In this document: one piece after another, positions 13,501 to 30,000 of the stretch | Layout: the number at the start of each line of letters is the position of its first letter | Position numbering within the stretch: position 1 is the first letter of the stretch | NCBI RefSeq assembly: GCF_009914755.1 | Contig: NC_060946.1 | Length of the DNA: 64,000 nt | Origin: the human T2T-CHM13v2.0 reference genome, Homo sapiens | Reading direction: 5' to 3' (one strand) | Program-made: the position numbers and the translations under genes | Notes under the pieces: generated by a model | What the model was told of the DNA's origin: nothing | What the model saw: only the letters and a program-made list of their open reading frames with translations | Database searches by the model: none

Positions 13501-16500
13501 TGAAATAAACACGAGCGGAATGGAATGGAATGGAATGGAATGGAATGGAACGGAGTGGAATGGACTAGAATGGAATGGAATGGAATGAAATCAACCCGAT
13601 TGGATTGGAATGGAATGCAATGGAATGGAATGGAATCAACTGGAAAGGAATCAAATGGAACGGAATGGAATGGAATGGAATGGAATGGAATGGAATGGAA
13701 TGGAATGGAACGGAATGGAATCAACCTCTGTGGAATGGAATGGAATGGAATGGATTATAATGGAATGGAATGGAATCAATCCGGGTGGAATGGAATGGAA
13801 TGGAATGGAATGCAATGGAATGGACAGGAATGGAATGGAATGGAATTCAATGGAATGGAATGGACAGGAATGCAATGGAATGTAATGGAATGGAATGGAA
13901 TGGAGTGGAATGCACTAGAATGGAATGGAATGGAATGAAATCAACCCGATTGGAATGGAATGGAATGCAATGGAATGGAATGGAATCAACTGGAAAGGAA
14001 TCAAATGGAACGGAATGGAATAGAATGGAATGGATTGGAATGGAAAGGAATGGATTCAACCCGAGTGGAATGGAATGGAATAGAACGGAATAAACACGAG
14101 TGGAATGGAATGGAATGGAATGGAATGGAATCAACTCGAGTGGAATGAAATGTAATGTAATGGAATGGAATGGAATTGAATGGAATAAACACGAGTGGAA
14201 TGGAATGGAATGGAATGGAATGGAATAGAATGGAGTCAATTCAAGTGCAATGGAATGGTATACAATGGAATCGAATGGAATGGAATCAACCAGAGTGGAA
14301 TGGAATGGAAAGGAATGGAATGGAATGGAACGGAACGGAATGGAATGGAATGGAATGGAATGTAACGGCATGGAATGGAATGGAATGGAATGGAATGGAA
14401 TGGAATGGAATGGAATGGAATATAACGGCATGCAATGGAATGGAATGGAGTGGATTCAACCCGAGTGGAATAGAGTGGATTGGACTGTAACGGCACGGAA
14501 TGGAATGGAATGGAGTGGAATAAACACGAGTGGAATGGAATGGAATGGAATGGATTGGAATCAACCCGAGTGCAATGGAATGGAATGGAATGGAATGGAA
14601 TGGAATGGAGTGAAATAAACTCGAGTGGAATGGAATGGAATGGAATAGAATGGAATGGAATGGAAAGGAATGGAAGAGAATGGAATGGAATCAACTCGAG
14701 TGGAAAGGAATGGAATGGAAAGGAATGGAATGGAATGGAACGGAACGGAATGGAATGGAATGGAATGGAATGTAACGGCATGGAATGGAATGGAATGGAA
14801 TGGAATGGAATGGAATGGAATGGAATGGAATATAACGGCATGCAATGGAATGGAATGGAGTGGATTCAACCCGAGTGGAATGGAGTGGATTGGACTGTAA
14901 CGGCATGGAATGGAATGGAATGGAGTGGAATAAACACGAGTGGAATGGAATGGAATGGAATGGACTGGAATCAACCCGAGTGCAATGGAATGGAATGGAA
15001 TGGAATGGAATGGAATGGAGTGAAATAAACTCGAGTGGAATGGAATGGAATGGAATAGAATGGAATGGAATGGAAAGGAATGGAAGAGAATGGAATGGAA
15101 TCAACTCGAGTGGAAAGGAATGGAATGGAAAGGAATGGAATGGAATGGAAAGGAATGGAATGCAATGGAATGCAGTGTTATGGAATGGAATCAACCCGAG
15201 TGGAATGGAATGGAATGGAAAGGAATGGAATGCAATGGAATGCAATGTTAGGGAATGGAATCAACCCGAGTGGAATGGAATGGAATGGAATGGAATGCAA
15301 TGGAATGGAATGGAATGGAATGGAATGGAATAGAATGGAATCAATTCCAATGCAATGTAATGGTATAGAATGGAATGGAATGGAATGGAATGGAATCAAC
15401 CAGAGTGGAATGGAATGGAAAGGAATGGAATGGAATGGAATGGAATGGAATGGAATGGAATGGAATGGAATGGAGTGGAATCAACCCGAGTGGAATGGAC
15501 TGTAATGATCTGGAATGGAATGGAATGGAATGGAGTGGAATAAACACAAGTGGAATGGAATGGAATGGAATGGACTGGAATCAACCAGAGTGCAATGGAA
15601 TGGAATAGAACGGAATGGAATGGAATGGAATGAAAAAAACACGAGTGGAATGGAATGGAATGGAATGGAATTCAATGGAATGGAATGGACAGGAATGGAA
15701 TGGAATGGAAAGGAATGGAGTGGAATGGACAAGAATGGAATGGAATGGAATGAAATCAACCCGATTGGAATGGAATGGAATGCAATGGAATGGAATGGAA
15801 TCAACTGGAAAGGAATCAAATGGAACGGAATGGAATAGAATGGAATGGATTGGAATGGAATGGAATGGATTCAACCCGAGTGGAATGGAATGGAATAGAA
15901 TGGAATAAACACGAGTGGAATGGAATGGAATGGAATGGAATGGAATGGAATGGAATGGAATCAACTCGAGTGGAATGAAATGTAATGTAATGGAATGGAA
16001 TGGAATTGAATGGAATAAACACGAGTGGAATGGAATGGAATGGAATGGAATGGAATGGAATGGAATAGAATGGAGTCAATTCAAGTGCAATGGAATGGTA
16101 TAAAATGGAATCGAATGGAATGGAATCAACCAGAGTGGAATGGAATGGAAAGTTATAGAATGGAATGGAATGGAATGGAATGGAACGGAATGGAATGGAA
16201 TGGAATGGAATGTAACGGCATGGAATGGAATGGAATGGAATGAAATGGAATGGAATGGCATGCAATGGAATGGAATGGAGTGGAATAAACACGAGTGGAA
16301 TGGAATGGAATGGAATGGACTGGAATGGAAAGGAATGGAAGAGAATGGAATGGAATCAACACGAGTGGAAAGGAATGGAATGGAAAGGAATGGAATGGAA
16401 TGGAAAGGAATGTAATGCAATGGAATGCAGTGTTATGGAATGGAATCAACCCGAGTGGAATGGAATGGAATGGAATGGAATGGAGTGGAATGGAATGGAA

Positions 16501-19500
16501 TGGAATGCAATGGAATGGACAGGAATGGAATGGAATGGAATGGAATGGAATGGAATGGAGTGGAATGGACTAGAATGGAATGGAATGGAATGAAATCAAC
16601 CCTATTGGAATGGAATGGAATGCAATGGAATGGAATGGAATCAACTGGTAAGGAAACAAATGGAACTGAATGGAATAGAATGGAATGGATTGTAATGGAA
16701 TGGAATGGAATCAAACCTAGTAGAATGGAATGGAAAGAATGGAATAAACAGGAATGGAATGGAATGGAATGGAATTTAATGGAATGGAATGGAATTTAAT
16801 AGAATGGAATGGAATGGAATGGAATGGAATGGAATCAACCCGAGTGGAGTGGAATGGAATGGAATGGAAATGAATGGAATAGAATGGAATAGAATGGAAC
16901 GGAAAGGAATGGAATGAACCCGAGTGGAATGGAATGGAATGGAATGGAATGGAAAGGCACGGAATGGAATGGAATGGAATGGAATGGAATGGAATGGAAT
17001 GGAATCAACCCTAGTGGAATGGAATGGAATGGAATCAAACTGAGTGGAATGGAATGGAATGGAATGCAATGGAATGTAATGCAGTGGAAGGCATCAGAAT
17101 CAACTGGAATGGAATGCAGTGGAATGGAATGGAATCAACGCCAGTGGAATGGAATGGAATGGAAGGGATAATAATAAAATGGAATGGAATAAATCCGGCT
17201 GGAATGGAATGGAATGGAATGCAATGGAATGAAATGGAATCAACTCGAGTGGAATGAAATGTAACGTAATGTAATGGAATGGAATGGAATGGAATGGAAT
17301 AGAATGGAATCAATTCGAGTGCAATATAATGGTATAGAATGGAATGGAATAGAATGGAACGGAATGGAATGGAATCAACCAGAGTGGAATGGAATGGAAT
17401 GGAATGGAATGGAATGGAATGGAATGGAATGGAATGGACTGTAACGGCATGGAATGCAATGGAATGGAGTGGAATCAACCCGAGTGGAATGGAATGGAAT
17501 GGACTGTAACGGTATGGAACGGAATGGAATGGAGTGGAATCAAACCGAGAAGAATGGAATGGAATGGAATGGAATGGAATGGAATAGAATGGAATCAATT
17601 CGAATGCAATGTAATGGTATAGAATGGAATGGAATGGAATGGAATCAACCAGAGTGGAATGGAAAGGAATGGAATGGAATGGAATGGAATGGAATGGAAT
17701 AGAATGTAATGGAATGGAACGGAATGGAACGGAATGGAATGGAATGGAATGGAATGGAATGGAATGGAATGGAATGGAATGGCATGGAATGGAATGGAAT
17801 GGAGTGGAATCAACCCGAGTGGAATGGAGTGGAATGGACTGTAATGGCATGGAATGGAATGGAATGGAGTGGAATAAACACAAGTGGAATGGAATGGAAT
17901 GGAATGGACTACAAACAACCAGAGTGCAATGGAATGGAATAGAATGGAATGGAATGGAATGGAATGAAATATACACGAGTGGAATGGAATGGAATGGAAT
18001 GGAAGAGAATGGAATGGAATCAACTCGAGTGGAAAGGAATGGAATGGAAAGGAATGGAATGGAATGGAAAGGAATGGAATGCAATGGAATGCAGTGTTAT
18101 GGAATGGAATCAACCCGAGTGGAATGGAATGGAATGGAATGGAATGGAATGGAATGGAGTGCAATGGAATGGACAGGAGTGGAATGGAATGGAATTCAAT
18201 GGAATGGAATGGACAGGAATGGAATGGAATGGAATGGAATGGAATGGAATGGAATGGAGTGGAATGGGCTAGAATGGAATGGAATGGAATGAAATCAACC
18301 CGATTGGAATGGAATGGAATGCAATGGAATGGAATGGAATCAACTGGAAAGGAATCAAATGGAACGGAATGGAATGGAAAGGAATGGAATGGAATGGAAT
18401 GGAATCAACCCTAGTGGAATGGAATGGAATGAAATCAAACTGAGTGGAATGGAAGGGAATGGAATGCAATGGAATGTAATGGAGTGGAAGGCATTTGAAT
18501 CAACTGGAATGGAATGGAAAGGAATGGAATGGAATGGAATCAACCCCAGTGGAATGGAATGGAATGGAATGGATTATAATGGAATGGAATGGAATCAATC
18601 TGGGTGGAATGGAATGGAATGGAATGGAATGGAATGGAATGGACTGTAACGGCATGGAATGCAATGGAATGGAGTGGAATCAACCCGAGTGGAATGGAAT
18701 GGAATGGACTGTAACGGCATGGAACGGAATGGAATGGAGTGGAATCAAACCGAGAGGAATGGAATGGAATGGAATGGAATGGAATGGAATAGAATGGAAT
18801 CAATTCGAATGCAATGTAATGGTATAGAATGGAATGGAATGGAATGGAATCAACCAGAGTGGAATGCAATGGAATGGAATGGAATGGAATGGAATAGAAT
18901 GTAATGGAATGGAACGGAATGGAACGGAATGGAATGGAATGGAATGGAATGGAATGGAATGGCATGGAATGGAATGGAATGGAGTGGAATCAACCCGAGT
19001 GGAATGGAGTGGAATGGACTGTAATGGCATGGAATGGAATGGAATGGAGTGGAATCAAACCGAGAGGAATGGAATGGAATGGAATGGAATGGAATGGAAT
19101 GGAATAGAATGGAATCAATTCGAATGCAATGTAATGGTATAGAATGGAATGGAATGGAATGGAATCAACCAGAGTGGAATGGAATGGAATGGAATGGAAT
19201 GGAATGGAATAGAATGTAATGGAATGGAACGGAATGGAACGGAATGGAATGGAATGGAATGGAATGGAATGGAATGGCATGGAATGGAATGGAATGGAGT
19301 GGAATCAACCCGAGTGGAATGGAGTGGAATGGACTGTAATGGCATGGAATGGAATGGAATGGAGTGGAATAAACACAAGTGGAATGGAATGGAATGGAAT
19401 GGACTACAATCAACCAGAGTGCAATGGAATGGAATAGAATGGAATGGAATGGAATGGAATGAAATAAACACGAGTGGAATGGAATGGAATGGAATGGAAG

Positions 19501-21018
19501 AGAATGGAATGGAATCAACTCGAGTGGAAAGGAATGGAATGGAAAGGAATGGAATGGAATGGAAAGGAATGGAATGCAATGGAATGCAGTGTTATGGAAT
19601 GGAATCAACCCGAGTGGAATGGAATGGAATGGAATGGAATGGAATGGAATGGAATGGAATGGAATGGAATGGAATGCAATGGAATGGACAGGAGTGGAAT
19701 GGAATGGAATTCAATGGAATGGAATGGACAGGAATGGAATGGAATGGAATGGAATGGAATGGAATGGAGTGGAATGGACTAGAATGGAATGGAATGGAAT
19801 GAAATCAACCCGATTTGAATGGAATGGAATGCAATGGAATGGAATGGAATCAACTGGAAAGGAATCAAATGGAACGGAATGGAATGGAATGGAATGGAAT
19901 GGAATGGAATGGAATCAACCCTAGTGGAATGGAATGGAATGAAATCAAACTGAGTGGAATGGAAGGGAATGGAATGCAATGGAATGTAATGGAGTGGAAG
20001 GCATTTGAATCAACTGGAATGGAATGGAAAGGAATGGAATGGAATGGAATCAACCCCAGTGGAATGGAATGGAATGGAATGGATTATAATGGAATGGAAT
20101 GGAATCAATCTGGGTGGAATGGAATGGAATGGAATGGATTATAATGGAATGGAATGGAATCAATCCGGGTGGAGTGGAATTGAATGGAATGGAATGGAAT
20201 GGAATGGAATGGATTGGAATTCAATGTAATGGAAACAACCCGAGTGGAATGTAATGGAATGGAAAGGACTGGAATATAATGGAATGGATTGGAATCAACC
20301 CGATTCCAATGCAAAGGAATGGAATGGAATGGAATGGAAGGGAATGGAATGGAATGGAAAGGAATGGAATGAACTGTAATGGAATGGAATGGAATGGAAT
20401 TTAATGGAATGGAATGGAATCAACCCGAGTGGAGTGGAATGGAATGGAATGGAAATGAATGGAATAGAATGGAATGGAATGGAACGGAACGGAATGGAAA
20501 GAACCTGAGTGGAATGGATTGTAATGGAAATGAATGGAATAGAAGGAAATGGAATGGAATGGAACGGAATGGAACGAACCCGAGTGGAATGGATTGGAAT
20601 GGAATGGAATGGAAAGGAACGGAATGGAATGGATTGGAATGGAATCAACCCGAGTGGAATGGAATGGAATGGAATCAAACTGAGTGGAATGGAAGGGAAT
20701 GGAATGCAATGGAATGTAATGGAGTGGAAGGCATTTGAATCAACTGGAATGGAATGGAATGGAATGGAATGGAATGGAATCAACCCCAGTGGAATGGATT
20801 GGATGGGAATGGATTATAATGGAATGGAATGGAATCAATCCGAGTGGAATGGAATGGAATGGATTATAGTTGAATGGAATGGAATCAATCCTTGTGGAAT
20901 GGAGTGGAATGGAATGGAATAGAATGGAATGGAATTCAATGTAATGGAAACAAACCGAGTGGAATGTAATGGAATGGAAAGGACTGGAATCTAATGGAAT
21001 GTATTGGAATCAACCTGA
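10540..21018 (+). repeat. HSat3 higher-order repeat copy 2 (~10.48 kb)
   Basis: Near-identical to copy 1 apart from pentamer-count differences and rare substitutions. Identical ORF translations at 11330 vs 21824 mark the next period. Confidence 0.9.
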
Positions 21019-24000
21019 TTCCAATGCAACGGAATGGAATGGAATGGAATGCAATGGAAGGGAATGGAATGGAATGGAAAAGAATGGAATAAACTGGAAT
21101 TGAATGGAATGGAATGGAATTTAATGGAATGGAATGGAATGGAATGGAATGGAATGGAATGGAATGGAATGAACCCGAGTGGAGTGGAATGGAATGCAAT
21201 GGAAATGAATGGAATAGAATGGAATGGAATGCAACGGAACGGAATGGAATGAACCCGAGTGGAATGGAATGGAATAGAATGGAATGGAAAGGCACGAAAT
21301 GGAATGGAATGGAATGGAATGGAATGGAATGGAATGGAATCAACCTGAGTGGAATGGAATGGAATGGAATCAAACTGAGTGGAATGGAATGGAATGGAAT
21401 GGAATGGAATGGAGTGGAAGGCATTAGAATCACCTGGAATGGAATGGAATGGAATGGAATGGAATGGAATGGAATGGAATCAACCCGAGTGGAATGGAAT
21501 GGAATGGAATCAAACTGAGTGGAAAGGAATGGAATGGAATGGAATGGAATGGAATGGAATGGAATGGAATGGAATGGAATCAACCACAGTGGAATGGAAT
21601 GGAATGGAACAGATTATAATAGAATGGAATGGAATCAATCCGGGTGGAATGGAATGGAATGGAATGGAATGGAATGGAATCAACTCGAGTGGAATGAAAT
21701 GTAACTTGATGGAATGGAATGGAATGGAATGGAATGGAATGGAATGGAATGGAATACAATGGAATCAATTCGAGTGCCATGTAATGGTATAGAATGGAAT
21801 GGAATGGAATGGAATGAAATGGAATGGAATGGAATGGAATGGAATCATCCAGAGTGGAATGGAATGGAATGGAATGGAATGGAATATATTGGAATGGAAT
21901 GGAATGGAATGGAATGGAATATATTGGAATGGAATGCAACGGAATCAACTGGAATGGAATGGAATGGAATGGAATGGATTATAATGGAATGGAATGGAAT
22001 CAATCCGGGTGGAATGGAATGGAATGGAATGGAATGGAATTCAATGTAATGGAAACAAACCGAGAGGAATGTAATGGAATGGAAAGGACTGGAATGTAAT
22101 GGAATGGATTGGAATCAAACTGATTCCAATGCAACGGAATGGAATGGAATGGAATGGAAAGAAATCAACCCGAATGGAATGGATTGGAATAGAGTGGAAT
22201 GGAATGGAATGGCATGGAATGCAATGAAATCAACTAGAATGGAATGGAATGGAATGGAATGAACAGGAATGGAATGGAATGGAATGGAATGGAATGGAAT
22301 GGAGTGGAATGGAATGCAATGGAATGAAATCAACCCGATTGGAATGGAATGGAATGCAATGGAATGGAATGGAATCAACTGGAAAGGAATCAAATGGAAC
22401 GGAATCGAATGGAATGGAATGGAATGGAATGGAACGGAACGGAATCAACCTCTGTGGAATGGAATGGAATGGAATGGATTATAACGGAATGGAATGGAAT
22501 CAATCCGGGTGGAATGGAATGGAATGGAATGGAATGGAATGCAATGTAATGGACAGGAATGGAATGGAATGGAATTCAATGGAATGGAATGGACAGGAAT
22601 GCAATGGAATGTAATGGAATGGAATGGAATGGAGTGGAATGGACTAGAATGGAATGGAATGGAATGAAATCAAACCGATTGGAATGGAATAGAATGCAAT
22701 GGAATGGAATGCAATCAACTGGAAAGGAATCAAATGGAACGGAATGGAATAGAATGGAATGGATTGGAATGGAAAGGAATGGATTCAACCCGAGTGGAAT
22801 AGAATGGAATAGAACGGAATAAACACGAGTGGAATGGAATGGAATGGAATGGAATGGAATGGAATGGAATCAACTCGAGTGGAATGAAATGTAATGTAAT
22901 GGAATGGAATGGAATTGAATGGAATAAACACGAGTGGAATGTAATGGAATGGAATGGAATGGAATGGAATAGAATGGAGTCAATTCAAGTGCAATGGAAT
23001 GGTATACAATGGAATCGAATGGAATGGAATCAACCAGAGTGGAATGGAATGGAAAGGAATGGAATGGAATGGAACGGAACGGAATGGAATGGAATGGAAT
23101 GGAATGGAATGGAATGGCATGGAATGGAATGGAATGGAATGGAATGGAATGGAATAGAATGCAATCATTTCGAATGCAATGTAATGGTATAGAATGGAAT
23201 GGAATGGAATGGAATCAACCAGAGTGGAATGGAATGGAAAGGAATGGAATGGAATGGAATGTAACGGCATGGAATGGAATGGAATGGAGTGGAATCAACC
23301 CGAGTGGAATGGAGTGGAATGGACTGTAATGGAATGGAATGGAATGGAGTGGAATAAACACAAGTGGAAAGGAATGGAATGGAATCAAACTGAGTGGAAT
23401 GGAATGGAATGGAAAGCAATGGAATGTAATGCAGTGGAAGGCATTAGAATCAACTGGAATGGAATGGAGTGGAATGGAATGGAATCAACGCCAGTGGAAT
23501 GGATTGGAATGGAATGGATAATAATGGAATGGAAGGGAATCAATCCGGGTGGAATGGAATGGAATGGAATGCAATGGAATGAAATGGAATCAACTCGAGT
23601 GGAATGAAATGTAACGTAATGTAATGGAATGGAATGGAATGGAATGGAATGGAATGGAATAGAATGGAATCAATTCGAGTGCAATATAATGGAATACAAT
23701 GGAATGGAATGGAATGGAATCAACCAGAGTGGAATGGAATGGAAAGGAATGGAATGGAATGGAATGGAATGGAATGGAATGGAATGGAATGGAATGGAAT
23801 GGCACGGCATGGAATGGAATGGAATGGAGTGGAATCAACCCGAGTGGAATGGAGTGGAATGGACTGTAATGGCATGGAATGGAATGGAATGGAGTGGAAT
23901 AAACACAAGTGGAATGGAATGGAATGGAATGGACTGGAATCAACCAGAGTGCAATGGAATGGAATAGAATGGAATGGAATGGAATGGAATGAAATAAACA

Positions 24001-27000
24001 CGAGCGGAATGGAATGGAATGGAATGGAATGGAACGGAGTGGAATGGACTAGAATGGAATGGAATGGAATGAAATCAACCCGATTGGATTGGAATGGAAT
24101 GCAATGGAATGGAATGGAATCAACTGGAAAGGAATCAAATGGAACGGAATGGAATGGAATGGAATGGAATGGAATGGAATGGAATGGAATGGAACGGAAT
24201 GGAATCAACCTCTGTGGAATGGAATGGAATGGAATGGATTATAATGGAATGGAATGGAATCAATCCGGGTGGAATGGAATGGAATGGAATGGAATGCAAT
24301 GGAATGGACAGGAATGGAATGGAATGGAATTCAATGGAATGGAATGGACAGGAATGCAATGGAATGTAATGGAATGGAATGGAATGGAGTGGAATGCACT
24401 AGAATGGAATGGAATGGAATGAAATCAACCCGATTGGAATGGAATGGAATGCAATGGAATGGAATGGAATCAACTGGAAAGGAATCAAATGGAACGGAAT
24501 GGAATAGAATGGAATGGATTGGAATGGAAAGGAATGGATTCAACCCGAGTGGAATGGAATGGAATAGAACGGAATAAACACGAGTGGAATGGAATGGAAT
24601 GGAATGGAATGGAATCAACTCGAGTGGAATGAAATGTAATGTAATGGAATGGAATGGAATTGAATGGAATAAACACGAGTGGAATGGAATGGAATGGAAT
24701 GGAATGGAATAGAATGGAGTCAATTCAAGTGCAATGGAATGGTATACAATGGAATCGAATGGAATGGAATCAACCAGAGTGGAATGGAATGGAAAGGAAT
24801 GGAATGGAATGGAACGGAACGGAATGGAATGGAATGGAATGGAATGTAACGGCATGGAATGGAATGGAATGGAATGGAATGGAATGGAATGGAATGGAAT
24901 ATAACGGCATGCAATGGAATGGAATGGAGTGGATTCAACCCGAGTGGAATAGAGTGGATTGGACTGTAACGGCATGGAATGGAATGGAATGGAGTGGAAT
25001 AAACACGAGTGGAATGGAATGGAATGGAATGGATTGGAATCAACCCGAGTGCAATGGAATGGAATGGAATGGAATGGAATGGAATGGAATGGAGTGAAAT
25101 AAACTCGAGTGGAATGGAATGGAATGGAATAGAATGGAATGGAATGGAAAGGAATGGAAGAGAATGGAATGGAATCAACTCGAGTGGAAAGGAATGGAAT
25201 GGAAAGGAATGGAATGGAATGGAACGGAACGGAATGGAATGGAATGGAATGGAATGTAACGGCATGGAATGGAATGGAATGGAATGGAATGGAATGGAAT
25301 GGAATGGAATGGAATATAACGGCATGCAATGGAATGGAATGGAGTGGATTCAACCCGAGTGGAATGGAGTGGATTGGACTGTAACGGCATGGAATGGAAT
25401 GGAATGGAGTGGAATAAACACGAGTGGAATGGAATGGAATGGAATGGACTGGAATCAACCCGAGTGCAATGGAATGGAATGGAATGGAATGGAATGGAAT
25501 GGAGTGAAATAAACTCGAGTGGAATGGAATGGAATGGAATAGAATGGAATGGAATGGAAAGGAATGGAAGAGAATGGAATGGAATCAACTCGAGTGGAAA
25601 GGAATGGAATGGAAAGGAATGGAATGGAATGGAAAGGAATGGAATGCAATGGAATGCAGTGTTATGGAATGGAATCAACCCGAGTGGAATGGAATGGAAT
25701 GGAAAGGAATGGAATGCAATGGAATGCAATGTTAGGGAATGGAATCAACCCGAGTGGAATGGAATGGAATGGAATGGAATGGAATGGAATGGAATGGAAT
25801 GGAATAGAATGGAATCAATTCCAATGCAATGTAATGGTATAGAATGGAATGGAATGGAATGGAATGGAATCAACCAGAGTGGAATGGAATGGAAAGGAAT
25901 GGAATGGAATGGAATGGAATGGAATGGAATGGAATGGAATGGAATGGAGTGGAATCAACCCGAGTGGAATGGACTGTAATGATCTGGAATGGAATGGAAT
26001 GGAATGGAGTGGAATAAACACAAGTGGAATGGAATGGAATGGAATGGACTGGAATCAACCAGAGTGCAATGGAATGGAATAGAACGGAATGGAATGGAAT
26101 GGAATGAAAAAAACACGAGTGGAATGGAATGGAATGGAATGGAATTCAATGGAATGGAATGGACAGGAATGGAATGGAATGGAAAGGAATGGAGTGGAAT
26201 GGACAAGAATGGAATGGAATGGAATGAAATCAACCCGATTGGAATGGAATGGAATGCAATGGAATGGAATGGAATCAACTGGAAAGGAATCAAATGGAAC
26301 GGAATGGAATAGAATGGAATGGATTGGAATGGAATGGAATGGATTCAACCCGAGTGGAATGGAATGGAATAGAATGGAATAAACACGAGTGGAATGGAAT
26401 GGAATGGAATGGAATGGAATGGAATGGAATGGAATGGAATCAACTCGAGTGGAATGAAATGTAATGTAATGGAATGGAATGGAATTGAATGGAATAAACA
26501 CGAGTGGAATGGAATGGAATGGAATGGAATGGAATGGAATGGAATAGAATGGAGTCAATTCAAGTGCAATGGAATGGTGTAAAATGGAATCGAATGGAAT
26601 GGAATCAACCAGAGTGGAATGGAATGGAAAGTTATAGAATGGAATGGAATGGAATGGAATGGAACGGAATGGAATGGAATGGAATGGAATGTAACGGCAT
26701 GGAATGGAATGGAATGGAATGGAATGGAATGGAATGGCATGGCATGCAATGGAATGGAATGGAGTGGAATAAACACGAGTGGAATGGAATGGAATGGAAT
26801 GGACTGGAATGGAAAGGAATGGAAGAGAATGGAATGGAATCAACACGAGTGGAAAGGAATGGAATGGAAAGGAATGGAATGGAATGGAAAGGAATGTAAT
26901 GCAATGGAATGCAGTGTTATGGAATGGAATCAACCCGAGTGCAATGGAATGGAATGGAATGGAATGGAATGGAATGGAGTGAAATAAACTCGAGTGGAAT

Positions 27001-30000
27001 GGAATGGAATGGAATAGAATGGAATGGAATGGAAAGGAATGGAAGAGAATGGAATGGAATCAACTCGAGTGGAAAGGAATGGAATGGAAAGGAATGGAAT
27101 GGAATGGAACGGAACGGAATGGAATGGAATGGAATGGAATGTAACGGCATGGAATGGAATGGAATGGAATGGAATGGAATGGAATGGAATGGAATGGAAT
27201 ATAACGGCATGCAATGGAATGGAATGGAGTGGATTCAACCCGAGTGGAATGGAGTGGATTGGACTGTAACGGCATGGAATGGAATGGAATGGAGTGGAAT
27301 AAACACGAGTGGAATGGAATGGAATGGAATGGACTGGAATCAACCCGAGTGCAATGGAATGGAATGGAATGGAATGGAATGGAGTGAAATAAACTCGAGT
27401 GGAATGGAATGGAATGGAATAGAATGGAATGGAATGGAAAGGAATGGAAGAGAATGGAATGGAATCAACTCGAGTGGAAAGGAATGGAATGGAAAGGAAT
27501 GGAATGGAATGGAAAGGAATGGAATGCAATGGAATGCAGTGTTATGGAATGGAATCAACCCGAGTGGAATGGAATGGAATGGAAAGGAATGGAATGCAAT
27601 GGAATGCAATGTTAGGGAATGGAATCAACCCGAGTGGAATGGAATGGAATGGAATGGAATGCAATGGAATGGAATGGAATGGAATGGAATGGAATAGAAT
27701 GGAATCAATTCCAATGCAATGTAATGGTATAGAATGGAATGGAATGGAATGGAATGGAATCAACCAGAGTGGAATGGAATGGAAAGGAATGGAATGGAAT
27801 GGAATGGAATGGAATGGAATGGAATGGAATGGAATGGAATGGAGTGGAATCAACCCGAGTGGAATGGACTGTAATGATCTGGAATGGAATGGAATGGAAT
27901 GGAGTGGAATAAACACAAGTGGAATGGAATGGAATGGAATGGACTGGAATCAACCAGAGTGCAATGGAATGGAATAGAACGGAATGGAATGGAATGGAAT
28001 GAAAAAAACACGAGTGGAATGGAATGGAATGGAATGGAATTCAATGGAATGGAATGGACAGGAATGGAATGGAATGGAAAGGAATGGAGTGGAATGGACA
28101 AGAATGGAATGGAATGGAATGAAATCAACCCGATTGGAATGGAATGGAATGCAATGGAATGGAATGGAATCAACTGGAAAGGAATCAAATGGAACGGAAT
28201 GGAATAGAATGGAATGGATTGGAATGGAATGGAATGGATTCAACCCGAGTGGAATGGAATGGAATAGAATGGAATAAACACGAGTGGAATGGAATGGAAT
28301 GGAATGGAATGGAATGGAATGGAATGGAATGGAATGGAATCAACTCGAGTGGAATGAAATGTAATGTAATGGAATGGAATGGAATTGAATGGAATAAACA
28401 CGAGTGGAATGGAATGGAATGGAATGGAATGGAATGGAATGGAATAGAATGGAGTCAATTCAAGTGCAATGGAATGGTGTAAAATGGAATCGAATGGAAT
28501 GGAATCAACCAGAGTGGAATGGAATGGAAAGTTATAGAATGGAATGGAATGGAATGGAATGGAACGGAATGGAATGGAATGGAATGGAATGTAACGGCAT
28601 GGAATGGAATGGAATGGAATGGAATGGAATGGAATGGAATGGCATGGCATGCAATGGAATGGAATGGAGTGGAATAAACACGAGTGGAATGGAATGGAAT
28701 GGAATGGACTGGAATGGAAAGGAATGGAAGAGAATGGAATGGAATCAACACGAGTGGAAAGGAATGGAATGGAAAGGAATGGAATGGAATGGAAAGGAAT
28801 GTAATGCAATGGAATGCAGTGTTATGGAATGGAATCAACCCGAGTGGAATGGAATGGAATGGAGTGGAATGGAATGGAATGCAATGCAATGGAATGGACA
28901 GGAATGGAATGGAATGGAATGGAATGGAATGGAGTGGAATGGACTAGAATGGAATGGAATGGAATGAAATCAACCCTATTGGAATGGAATGGAATGCAAT
29001 GGAATGGAATGGAATCAACTGGTAAGGAAACAAATGGAACTGAATGGAATAGAATGGAATGGATTGTAATGGAATGGAATGGAATCAAACCTAGTAGAAT
29101 GGAATGGAAAGAATGGAATGAACAGGAATGGAATGGAATGGAATGGAATTTAATGGAATGGAATGGAATTTAATAGAATGGAATGGAATGGAATGGAATG
29201 GAATGGAATCAACCCGAGTGGAGTGGAATGGAATGGAATGGAAATGAATGGAATAGAATGGAATAGAATGGAACGGAAAGGAATGGAATGAACCCGAGTG
29301 GAATGGAATGGAATGGAATGGAATGGAAAGGCACGGAATGGAATGGAATGGAATGGAATGGAATGGAATGGAATCAACCCGAGTGGAATGGAATGGAATG
29401 GAATCAAACTGAGTGGAATGGAATGGAATGGAATGCAATGGAATGTAATGCAGTGGAAGGCATTAGAATCAACTGGAATGGAATGCAGTGGAATGGAATG
29501 GAATCAACGCCAGTGGAATGGAATGGAATGGAAGGGATAATAATAAAACGGAATGGAATAAATCCGGCTGGAATGGAATGGAATGGAATGCAATGGAATG
29601 AAATGGAATCAACTCGAGTGGAATGAAATGTAACGTAATGTAATGGAATGGAATGGAATGGAATGGAATAGAATGGAATCAATTCGAGTGCAATATAATG
29701 GTATAGAATGGAATGGAATAGAATGGAATGGAATGGAATGGAATCAACCAGAGTGGAATGGAATGGAATGGAATGGAATGGAATGGAATGGAATGGAATG
29801 GACTGTAACGGCATGGAATGCAATGGAATGGAGTGGAATCAACCCGAGTGGAATGGAATGGAATGGACTGTAACGGTATGGAACGGAATGGAATGGAGTG
29901 GAATCAAACCGAGAGGAATGGAATGGAATGGAATGGAATGGAATGGAATAGAATGGAATCAATTCGAATGCAATGTAATGGTATAGAATGGAATGGAATG

